From: Octopus bimaculoides
Taxonomy: Eukaryota
Reading direction: 5' to 3'
Assembly (NCBI RefSeq): GCF_001194135.2
Contig: NC_068988.1
Coordinates: 25,785,731 to 25,845,620, forward strand
DNA: 59,890 nt
Shown: in pieces, positions 1-11,800 of the stretch
How the letters are laid out: every line of letters begins with the position of its first letter
How positions within the stretch are numbered: the first letter of the stretch is position 1
Position numbers and translations under genes: made by a program
The notes under the pieces: model-generated
The model's input: only the letters and a program-made list of their open reading frames with translations
What the model was told of the DNA's origin: nothing
The model's database searches: none

Positions 1-72
<72 letters not shown>
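1..72. repeat. (GT)n microsatellite, cut by the window edge
   Basis: Pure gtgt run from base 1 to about 72. Confidence 0.98.
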
Positions 73-74
<2 letters not shown>

Positions 75-711
75 ATACTCATATAGGCATCAAGTGCTGA
101 ATAACTACCCTTACAGTACTGATATCACCTAAGTTTTGTCTGTTGATACAATTATATTACTTCTTTGCGATCGTCTTGAAAGTACGCTTGACACTTACCT
201 GAATTTATTTAGTTGCTAAGCGGCAGAAGCAAAATAGTTTCAATAATTTATCATCGTATCGTATTATGGATATAGTGTTAAACCAAGAATAGCCTTAGTT
301 AAATGCCGCGACAAGGAATCAATACTGCTGCTGCCTAGTGAACTTAAATCAAGTTCATCGTATGTAGTTTGTCATCAAGAAAGTATGAATAGATATATGT
401 TTTTTATCTATATACATCAGTAACATTGACAATTTATGTGTGATTCATAATACATTACTGGTAAGTTTAAATGTCTCCATTTCAATTTCAATTCCTCTTT
501 CGGAGTTGGATATTGAACTCAAATTTACCATAAAAATAAAATATATATTAAAGAAAGCTGATATAGATTAAAACCAAGAACCAACAAACTTAATAAGACT
601 GAAACTGTTTTAATTATTATTTTGTTAAGTTTGTATTAACTCCATTCTAGCGAAGTTAAACGACTTAGATTTTAAGCTATGAAAAATATTCTAAATATTC
701 TGTAAGCAGTA

Positions 712-830
712 AGGAAGCGCACCAGGAGAAGGATTAGCACGCCGGGCAAAGAGCTTATTGGCATTTCGTCCGCCTTTACGTTCTGAGTTCATGTTTCGTC
801 GATAAAATAAGTACCAACTGAGCACTAAAA
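712..830 (+). mobile_element. SINE family A, internally deleted copy
   Basis: ttagcacgccgggcaaa...gcatttcgtccgcctttacgttctgagttc...gataaaataagtaccaactgagcact matches head and body of the full copy at 22149-22363, with the middle missing. Confidence 0.75.
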
Positions 831-2952
831 TTGCTTAAATCAGCTAGCTCCATCCTCCGAAATTGCTAGCTTTGTATCAAAATTTGAAACCAATATTCTT
901 ATAAACAATTCCACACAGATACTTACTAGTGTTTGTACCGATTATCTTAAGTATTATTTTGATTCTCTGTGCTCTGAGTTCAAATTGCAGCGAACTCAAG
1001 ATTTACATTCTATATTTCATGGTTTGTTAAAATAAATACTAACCGAATGCAGAAATTGATTTAATTGAATTTCCGATCATACAAAGTATCTGGCCTTGAG
1101 CCAATTTCAGAAATCAATACGCCCTTACTATAAAGGAATGAGTTTCTCAGAAATGATAAAAAGAAGTATTATATGTGATATTTCAGCTGCAACATGAACA
1201 CAAATAGCTTTTACGAAAAGCAGAACCCATAACAAAAAATAATAATATTACTCCGCTCCACAATCCCTAACAACTCGAAATCGATCTCCCATAGCTTTTA
1301 TAACGGCAATTGTATCGACAATTAAAGAATCTCTACGTGAACAGCAAAATACAACGAATACATCAACACTGGAAGTTTTATTAACGATAACAGTTACAAA
1401 AAAAAAAATAGAAAAGTATGTCTTCATAAATATACAGCTTGCTATTTCCCATTTGTAAATTCAACAATCTTTCATTTAATACTGAAAGCCACGCTCCATT
1501 TTGCATTCACAATGGGGATATCTCAAAAGCAAAGTTATTCAACAAAACAGATCGATGATAACAAAGCACCCACATCAATTTACATTATCCGTACCTAATA
1601 AATCTTCATGTACACAATGGAATATTATTTCCCCAGTCCCTGATATCTATAGATATAAAGTACATGCGTCGTAAGTGAGATAGAATAGTAGCATTTTGGA
1701 GAAAATTTTCTGAGACTATTGACAGATTATTGAAATAAAAATTGCTGCTCTCTGTACATTACAAATCATAATTTGCAACGTGTTGTAAAGTAAAACTTGG
1801 CATATTTATATTTATCCTATATCATACGAAATCCAAATGGTAGTTTTTGCTATATTACATATACGGGAGAAGCGGCGTGAGATTTAGTATAAGTTGGAGT
1901 CAGCTGAAGATAGAAGTAAAGAAAGAAGTTAAAGTAGATAAAGAACCCTTGAAATTAACAAGTACTGGTGGATGGCTGATAAAATACTAAACGTTACGTA
2001 GTTCATATACAGTAAAACACATAACAAATGCTAGAGAGATGCAAACTTCTGTCATCCGTACACACGCGCGCGCCCTCACACGTATATTCGCACACAAAGA
2101 CATCTCTAGAACTCTAGTATAAATTTTACTTGGATCCGGTACGAGGAGACAAAGATATATTAAGTTTTTATATATAAATACATATAAATGTTCACACACA
2201 CACACACACACATACACATGCACTATATATATATATATATATATATCACCTCAGCAGTGGTCCTTTGCTTTCTTCTTTCTTATTTCGTTTCTCTCCTTAC
2301 TAACGATCTGCCATTAGGAATACAAAATGGCAGATCGTTATTAAGGACAGAAACGAAGAAACAAGAAAGAAAAGAGAGAGAGAGAGAGAAAGAGCGAGAG
2401 AGACACACACATACTCAGGGTCTCCAGCAGAAATTTTGCAAGCTGGAACATGAACGGCTTTGATTACCATCAAGTATTCATAGATCCTTTGGTCTCTCGT
2501 CACCACCGCGATGTAGAAGCTGAACTTCCTCTCTTAGACACTGAATACATTTGGAGCTCTAATTTATTATTAGTTCTCTATAGATGTTCATCTCTAGTTT
2601 TAATGAGACGTTCACTTTCACTGGATAGCTGGTGTATATAGTAGTATGTGAATGTTTCGTATCCAATAGCAAATCTATTTTTATGTTTCGACCATGCTGG
2701 AGTTTTCATTGGAATGTTAAACTAGTACCACTTACTTTTAAATGAGTATATGCACCTTGGTACTGGTGTGCGTTTGATAAACAAACCTTCTTGTGAATAG
2801 CACTGTAAATGGCTTTGACAATACATTTATCACTCATGAAAATATATTAGCTCGCGGACATATTAGGGCAGTAGCTAAACATGACACACTCGACATTCAT
2901 TTGGATAGGTTCTTTAGCTCTCCTTCTCTTCATGATGAATTATTCAGTAGCA

Positions 2953-3400
2953 ATAGGCGCAGGAGTGACTGCGTGGTAAGTAGCTTGCTAACCAACCACA
3001 TGGTTCTGCGTTCATTCCCACTGTTTGGCACCTTGGGTAAGTGTCTTCTACTATAGCCTCGGGCCGACCAAAGCCTTGTGAGTGGATTTGGTAGACTGAA
3101 ACTGAAAGAAGCCATCGTATATGTATATATANNNNNNNNNNNNNNNNNNNNNNNNNNNNNNNNNNNNNNNNNNNNNNNNNNNNNNNNNNNNNNNNNNNNN
3201 NNNNNNNNNNNNNNNNNNNNNNNNNNNNNNNNNNNNNNNNNNNNNNNNNNNTATATATATATATATGCATGTGTGTGAGTTTATCTTTGTGTACTTGTGT
3301 GTCCTCCCAACATCGCTTGGTAGCCAATGATGGTGTGATTACGTCCCGCAACTTCGCAACTTAGCGGCTCGGCAAAAAAGATCGATAGAATAAGTACTAG
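2953..3400 (+). mobile_element. SINE family B (tRNA-type head, internal microsatellite), 3'-truncated
   Basis: ataggcgcaggagtgactgcgtggtaagtagcttgc...ggtagactgaaactgaaagaagcc, then (TA)n plus gap 3132-3251, then cccaacatcgcttgg...cggcaaaaaagatcgatagaataagtactag. Collinear with the minus-strand copy at 51550-51936. Confidence 0.9.
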
Positions 3401-3499
3401 TAAACCTCGGTGGTATTTGAACTCAGAACACAGAGATGGACAAAATACCACTAAACTTTTTTTTCTAGTGTGCTAACAATCCTGCAAGCTCGCCGCCTA
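3401..3499 (-). mobile_element. SINE family A, 5' half
   Basis: cctcggtggtatttgaactcagaac...gtgctaacaatcctgcaagctcgccgcc is the reverse complement of the family A head. Confidence 0.8.
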
Positions 3500-4764
3500 C
3501 TTTCGGCTAAGCAATTGTAAAATATTTTTCGAAACTTGAATTAATGAATGTTAAATGGAATATTCTGTAGTTTTAAATTCTATCTGCAGTCGACAAAAGC
3601 AATAATGAACAATAAATGATGGAGTATATTGTATGGATATATGAACCTTTACGAATATATTGATATTATTTAGGTGGAACATGGATACTAACCTGACATG
3701 TGAATAAAGATTTGAATTATAGTATCCACTTCTATTTTTCTTAAATTAATATAGGAAAATATTTTTTAAATACTATTTCATGACATCAAACCAAGAAATG
3801 ATACAAGTATGAACATTGAAAACTTCGTAAGATTGGAGATTTTACCGGTCAACACATAATGTAAATCAACATGTCAGTATTGATTTATAATAGTCTTAGT
3901 AAGGTAAACATTTATGTAGTTGGTAATATATCAGCAAAATACATATAAGAAATATGGGTCTCCCGCACGAGCTTCTGACACATTTCGACAAAGTCCATTA
4001 ATTTAGTGCCTGAGTGCTTATATATACATTTAAACATACTTGCATACACACGCACACGTACACACACACACGCAAGCACACACACACATATTCATATATA
4101 CAAACGTATGCTTCTTTGTATATATAATACATGTCTGCGTACATACACTGTGATTTTATCGTGTGTGTAAATACATAGACAAATATGTATGTATGAGTAT
4201 ATGTATATTCGTATGTATACTTCCTATCTTTGTGTGTGGCCATATCCTGATATGTGCGTCAGTGTGCGTGATAGTAAACACATTCATCGATTTTAAAGGT
4301 GACGAGTATGGAGTTTGGAAAAAAAGAGGGAAAAAATCTGTCGATATAATTGAACGTAACTTATATATGGAAGGCAACAATGATGCAGAGCCTGTGGATA
4401 CGGCATTGAGCATTCTATTATTAAATGCTTTAATAATAGTTTCACGGTAGATTATTGATTTTTCTTCCCTTCCATATAATAAACACTTTAGAATTGAAAT
4501 ACTTTTGCACATTATTTATGGAGGAAAATGTTTCAATTTGATTTTGTGTTTATTTTCATTTTTGTTAATGTTTTTTTCTCTGTCGATTTTATTTATTTTA
4601 TTGTTTTTATTCATTTATATATATATTTGCTTTAAATTCCTTCGGGATATCTTTTATGAATTGATCACAATTACTCACCAGAATTATGGAAACTAAAGTT
4701 TATAGTTTGCCAAGAGGTATTTTGTTATTGTTTGAGATATTTTGCCTGAGATTTGTATATATTA

Positions 4765-4801
<37 letters not shown>

Positions 4802-5153
4802 GACACCAACAATAACAAAGCGAAAACCTATCTAAAAACAGATATAGCCTATTTTCTCTCAAACACGTCTTAATATATGATTCTCTTCAATCCTTTCGCT
4901 AAAGAAAGATACAGAAAATCTTTCATGTGTTTTATGACCGCCAATATGTGTTTCTAAAGGAAAGTGTCTGCGTGTGAAAATGTTCGGAAATTTATGTACC
5001 CCTGTCCATACACTTGTAAATCAAATGCTGGTCTTAAGTACACGCACTCGCACGCGCACACATGCACACACACACACACACACACATTTACACATATATG
5101 TATATTTCCATGAATTTATATACATACATACAAGTATTAATGCTACTCGCTGT

Positions 5154-5211
<58 letters not shown>

Positions 5212-6056
5212 TCGATACACACACGCATATATATCCATACACACACATGTATATGAGCGTGAAATGTGTTATTACTCATAGTATCAAAATATTTCTATCT
5301 GGAATTGCTTATAACAGCCCAAGTGATATTTGTTAGTTATTTGAAAGGATACACTTGTTAATAACACTGAACGGTTTCACAGATACGTAAATGCTTCATT
5401 TAACCTCACTATTACAATTGCTCTCTAAAGTTAATCTCTGTAGCGTTCTGAATTTCCAAATCAATAAGTAGTGCAGTGTTCATGCGAACCACGCTTTTGC
5501 CTATTTCTGCTTACACTTTGTGATATGCTTCTTCATGTGCCTGTTATCTGCCAGAATTTATAGGATGTCGATAATAGCAGAGAGAAAGCTGTCATTATTA
5601 TACGACATAATTATTGCATGTATGCTATGTAAAAGATTCTTCTTTGAAAATGAAGATCGTTATTCATTGATGATTGATATTATTTGTAACTCATTTTCTT
5701 CTGAAAGTACAATAAAGAATTCGAAATATAGTTTGCTTCATTTTTTTATGTTTCCACTGAAGTTTTGCGACAATATAATTTATCAACCTGCTACTAAGTA
5801 TATCTAAATGCATTATTCTTGTCTTAGAAAACTAGATTTGTTTCAAAGTGAAATATTCCAGTAATACCATTGCAACATTAAATTATACGTAACTGTATGC
5901 CAGCTTATTTAACGCATTAAACTGCAACTATTACACATCGTGAGAGAACAGCAATATTAGTAATTAAGTAAAATATAATTTTCTACTTTCTCATGCTTTT
6001 ATAGGATATCCCGTCACATAAAAATTATTTACCTTCATTAGATACGTATAATTCTG

Positions 6057-6164
6057 CTGATATTCACTAAGATATATTTCACAGTACGTTAGGTATTTAT
6101 ACAGAAATGCCTGATATTCACTAAGATGTAGTTCACAGCACGTTACGTATTTATACAGACATGC
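6057..6164. repeat. 54-bp tandem duplication (2 units)
   Basis: ctgatattcactaagatatatttcacagtacgttaggtatttatacagaaatgc (6057-6110) is followed by ctgatattcactaagatgtagttcacagcacgttacgtatttatacagacatgc (6111-6164). Confidence 0.95.
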
Positions 6165-7032
6165 ATATATGTTGGTAAAGGACCTGGTTACGTTCTTCCA
6201 CAGTTAATAAGCTAAGATAGAATTGAATATTTTTATTAAGACTGATTCGAATATAGGTTTGTTTAATAACTACGCATAAGTTATACACGTCACTTTATTC
6301 GTAGAACCTTACGCTACGAATACAAACTGATCTCATAAACTCTTTCTTCCAGCCTGTTTTCTCAAATATGTAGAGAACACTTGACTTTTTGTTGACTTAC
6401 GTTAATTCAACATGACATGAAGTCAGTTGCAAATAAATGCAATGAACGTATCTGAAAAAATATGTGTCCTGGTACGTATTACATACGTCATCGCTGATAA
6501 TATTCATTTGAACACTAAAATATTTTTGTTTGTTCGATTTATTCCCTATAATAGATTATATGTTTTACAATAGCCTCATTCTGCGATACAATTCAAATCC
6601 ATTTAATCTTAAATACACAGGGAGTGCAGACAACTATAGCAGAGACAAATATTTATTTATTTCTGTTCCATATGTCCTGTCTAGTTTTCTCAGCCATTTG
6701 TTAATCTTTTATATCCTATTCATTAATATTCATGATTTTATTTGCTCTTGTTAGCAGTGAATTACTATTCCATGTAAGCTACTCTGTAAAAGTTAAGCTT
6801 CTACGGCTAGTTCGTAAATGCTTTATATCCTAATTACATCAATAGAATATGTAGTGCATTATAAAAATTTATTGATTCCAGATATACATCTTGACGTTAG
6901 GCATGTCAAGTAGCTTCAGGCCAATGCAATGTCTCTGTTTAAGTAGTCAATTCATCTATACTCAAGTTCATCTACTCAATTTATTGTGAATGTTGCTACC
7001 ACGAAATTCCATTAAACATAGAGGCATGTTAT

Positions 7033-7662
7033 ACAACAACAACAACAACAACAACAAGGGCGACAGCAGCAACTACAACCACAGCAGCAACAATAAAATC
7101 ATGACTACTACAGTAGAAGTTTTACTATTAATACCACCATTACTACTAAATAATAATAATAATAAATTTATATAATACAAATATAATAACGATAACAGTG
7201 GTAANNNNNNNNNNNNNNNNNNNNNNNNNNNNNNNNNNNNNNNNNNNNNNNNNNNNNNNNNNNNNNNNNNNNNNNNNNNNNNNNNNNNNNNNNNNNNNNN
7301 NNNNNNNNNNNNNNNNNNNNNNNNNNNNNNNNNNNNNNNNNNNNNNNNNNNNNNNNNNNNNNNNNNNNNNNNNNNNNNNNNNNNNNNNNNNNNNNNNNNN
7401 NNNNNNNNNNNNNNNNNNNNNNNNNNNNNNNNNNNNNNNNNNNNNNNNNNNNNNNNNNNNNNNNNNNNNNNNNNNNNNNNNNNNNNNNNNNNNNNNNNNN
7501 NNNNNNNNNNNNNNNNNNNNNNNNNNNNNNNNNNNNNNNNNNNNNNNNNNNNNNNNNNNNNNNNNNNNNNNNNNNNNNNNNNNNNNNNNNNNNNNNNNNN
7601 NNNNNNNNNNNNNNNNNNNNNNNNNNNNNNNNNNNNNNNNNNNNNNNNNNNNNNNNNNTATA

Positions 7663-7737
<75 letters not shown>
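7033..7737. repeat. Compound (AAC/AAT)n, gap, (TA)n-(GA)n microsatellite block
   Basis: Read directly; N gap at 7205-7658. Confidence 0.9.
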
Positions 7738-7739
<2 letters not shown>

Positions 7740-8359
7740 ATGGTACATTCTATTTAAGAACATAGTAGACTAGTGTATAACGCTCGTCCACCAGATTTAC
7801 CTGTGCTATACGTATTCCAGGTTTGTGTTTGGGCATCTGTCGTGTGTGATTATATAATTGCAAATATTGGAGTCAAAAAGAAGGAGTGCAGTTGCACATT
7901 TATTTTTTAATCACTACACTTGATTCAACGCAACGTAGTTCTCAAGGTGCACAGGGAGATGATTATGGAACTGGTACCCTACATTACGAGATCTTCTTAT
8001 GTTTCCTCAGGACCTTATATAAATATTGTCTCCGTAAGTTCAAAATCTCCAGCTTCAAGAACATCCCCTCCGTCTGTCTTGGCCTGAATTTAGTAGTAGA
8101 CACTGAGCTTATCAAGATATGTCGTTACTGACAAACTGCTTTGAATGTGTAGATGTAGTGGGATGGTGATTCTGTTATTGTTAAAGAAGTTGCCGTTTGA
8201 AAGGGATTGTTATCTGAGTTTTTTGTACTGTTGATTTGTTCTTCATGATTGGTTACACATGATATTGTACTTAGCTGACCTTAAAGATTCGACTTATATG
8301 TACAGTTACGTGTTGATTCACATATGCTTCCATATACGTACTAACGCTCGGACAGATAC

Positions 8360-8435
8360 ACACGTGTGTGCACACGCACGCATACATATGTATATACATG
8401 CATACATACACACACACACACTCAGACACACACAT

Positions 8436-8476
<41 letters not shown>

Positions 8477-8700
8477 CCTACACAGACGTACACATTATAC
8501 GGATATGCACGTACACTCACATATATGAATATATGTACATATACATGCACATATGCATGTGTATGCATACACATACTTACACACGCGCACGCGCACACAG
8601 ACACACATATATATGAATATGTAATATAAATAATATATGAGTATATGCATATATACGTACATATATGTACATACCTACATCTACATGTATATATATAGAT
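8360..8700. repeat. Degenerate (CA)n/(TA)n/(CATA)n microsatellite field
   Basis: Read directly; it generates the HTHT/YIYI pseudo-ORFs. Confidence 0.9.
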
Positions 8701-9692
8701 GCATATCTGGGTACAGGACGTTGCAAAAAAAACGTGAACAAAATGATAATCGGAGTACAGAAGACACACAGGACACATAGAAAACATTTCCTTCATCAGC
8801 TGCCACCATTCTAAAACTAAGCGTTTCGAAGAATTAGGCATAAATATGTATGTATGTACGTATGTATAAGTATATGCATGTCTGTGCCTCTGTACGTATA
8901 AAAGTTTATATCTATATTTACGCGGTATATATTGTAGGAATATCTAAACATCAGCTAAAACCCATGAACTCGGTAGGAATCCATTTGAGTGAAAGAATAC
9001 CGAATGATATCTAACGAAGAAAAGTGGCTTCATACACTTTGGTTGTAGCGTATCGCCCATTATGTTCGACGCTAGAGTTTGACACATACTTAATTTATCG
9101 ATCGTGAAAATATGAATGAAAGACCGTGTGAAGTCCGTGGGGAATATAGTTCTGAATGTAAAGTTTAAATCCCATCAGACAAAAATAATAAAACTATAAC
9201 AATAATAATGATACAAATCTGCAAATATATAGGACAGAAATTATTAGCTGATTCAATCACCCGCTACTACATTGAACAAATGACATCTAGATTATTTATT
9301 TATGAGGTGCGAAAATAATCTGACATCGTTTCAACAAAGAAATATTGTAAACTTAAGTTAGATGTACGAAGCTCAAGCAGCTGGCTGAATTGGTAGTTCC
9401 ATGAAATACCCTGTGGTATTTAGTTATGTCCCTTTAGTGTCTGAAACACTATCTCATCGGAGTCACTCCTTTGTCACGCGGGCAAGCACACCACACACAT
9501 AGACACACGCGCGCACACACACAGCATACACATATACAGACTCACTCCCACACGCATGCACAGAGATATTTATAATACATATATTCGTTGATACATACAA
9601 ACATTCCTACATACATGTATATATACATGTATACACACATACATATACATATATGTACGTACATATATGTATTTGTGGAGGCGCTTTATTTG

Positions 9693-9733
<41 letters not shown>

Positions 9734-10624
9734 AAATAAAGCGATTAAATCTATTTTCCTCCGTCGAAGTTTTCAGGTTCCTTACAGAGTTCGAAAGAAA
9801 TGCCTTGTGGAATTTAACTAAATTCTACATTCTATTTTCAAGTAACATCGTGGCTATATTGGACTTTGTTATTCTTCTAGCAATAGTGAAGAACTAGGGT
9901 GAATGATCTCGACAAAATCCCTTACCTGAATATTCCTTATATTAGAAACTGTTATCATTTCCAGATCATTACGTCCTGAACTCAAATACTGTTGTTATCA
10001 GTTTTAAATTTCTATGTTCGTGGTTGATAAAACTAAGTATTAATCAAGAACCGGGGTAGGGGGGACGAAATCAAAGGATCCCCTCCCCTCAACATTTCGG
10101 GCATTGTGCCTATATTCGAAACTGTTCGAAAACACAGTAAAGCAAAGATGTAAAAAAAAAATCAGTATTTCTTTTAGTAATTACTTTCTGTAGCAAAACT
10201 GTTCGATTTTCACATTCACAGCTCTCTGACATCTTGTTGTACGAAAACATGAAGATATACGAAATTAGAAAAAAACATAGTGATAAAATTAATTAATTTT
10301 GCAATTAGATAAATCAACCAAAATTAGTCGAAGTTGAGGCTATAGTAATAAATGAAATGAAGAAAAATATCATTCATTTTCACGAAACTACTTTGTACAA
10401 TGCTATGACAATAATAATCACAACGACGGTATCTGTTAATAATATAAATATGGCAGGTGTCAGTATTATGTTGAATGGTATTGTGTATAATATACTGGTA
10501 ATATTTTGGTGTAGTGTTTCGTGAGAAGACATATATCAACCCGGAATGTGTTTAGAAATACATAACGTAATGCATCCCTGGAAAGCATTTCTCTGGCATG
10601 TCCCATTTATGTTTATGCTCGTTT

Positions 10625-10830
10625 CAAATTTTGGCACAAGGCTTGCAGTTTCAGGAAAGAGAGCCAGTCGGTTACACAGATTCCCAGTACAGGTACTTAT
10701 TTTATCAACCTCTACAGGAAGAAAGATAAAGTCGACCTCGGAAGACTTTGAACTCAGAATGTATAGATGGACGAAATGCCGCTAAGCATTTTGCCTTGTG
10801 TGATAATGATTGTATCAGCTCACTGCCTGC
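10625..10830 (-). mobile_element. SINE family A
   Basis: ggtacttattttatcaacc...aaagtcgacctcggaagactttgaactcagaatg...gacgaaatgccgctaagcattttgcc is the reverse complement of family A. Confidence 0.85.
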
Positions 10831-11725
10831 ACTTATGTTTACATTGTGAGCATTAGTTAAGCCTGCGGAGTGCCTAAATCTTTTCAGATTTAAGAATGAT
10901 AACTTACAAGATCTCTTTATTGTTCTTTGCTTTCGTTATTCATATCTTGGAGTGGTTAACTGAGTCCATTTATTCTTATATAATTTAAATTACGTAACAG
11001 TTAACTATGTTCGAAATTCAGGTGTGCACACTCTCAAATATCTAGCCGTGTGCTTTAGTTAGAAGTCATTATTAGTATTTATAGTTAGAATGGCGGAGTG
11101 GCATCGACATTAGAGCATGTGTCAAAATGACTTACAGTATTTAAAATCGATAACATCAGTGTGACCTTTTACTCTTATGGGTTATATAATAGGCGGAAGC
11201 CGTCAACTGCTGATTTCGATTTAATCCACTATGCTATTTGTGTCACAAATTTAGCTGCAATGTGTCTAAGCAACTACTCAACATGAACACAAATAATTTC
11301 CAAACATATCTGAATTGTAAAAAGTACGAGTAGCTCACATGACGATTTTTGAGTTCCGGAACTGACCCTCGTGAAGAGCAGAAACCTACATAAGTCTCTC
11401 TTTCAAGTTATGTTTAACCGCCTAAAGGCTGGTGTTTATACTATTCTCTTCTATATCCCTTGTGGTATTTAGAAGCAATTCTCCTAGATACAACCGTGTT
11501 CATATTACTCTTCAAATTCTTGCCTAGTTACTAGATATATACCGGATTCGATCGAATTTATTGTAGCCCCCAATAAAATGTTTCATTGTTTGTCCATTTA
11601 AAATAATGTATATTAACATTAACCCTATAGTTGTCTTCTAACTTCTTGTGTTAGATTCAAATTCAAGATTACATTGACTGTTCTCAAGTTAAAAGGGTCA
11701 TAAGCATACATAAAATTTGTAAAAT

Positions 11726-11800
11726 TTCTGCTGATACTTTCTGCTAATATTCTGCTAATATTCTACTAAATTTTCTGCTAATATTAGTGTTGCTGATATT
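11726..11800. repeat. 11-bp minisatellite (ttctgctaata), about 5-6 degenerate units
   Basis: ttctgctaata is exact at 11739 and 11750, with variants at 11726, 11761 and 11773. Confidence 0.85.

Noticed and set aside
193-260. Strong minus-strand donor CAG|GTAAGT at 199/198
   Set aside because: All three upstream frames have stops within about 25 nt and there is no clear acceptor. At most a non-coding exon end.
2440-2945. Possible decayed LINE on the minus strand (INVLSKPFTVLF, faint CR1-like similarity)
   Set aside because: Only one weak motif and no ordered series, so not assignable by eye.
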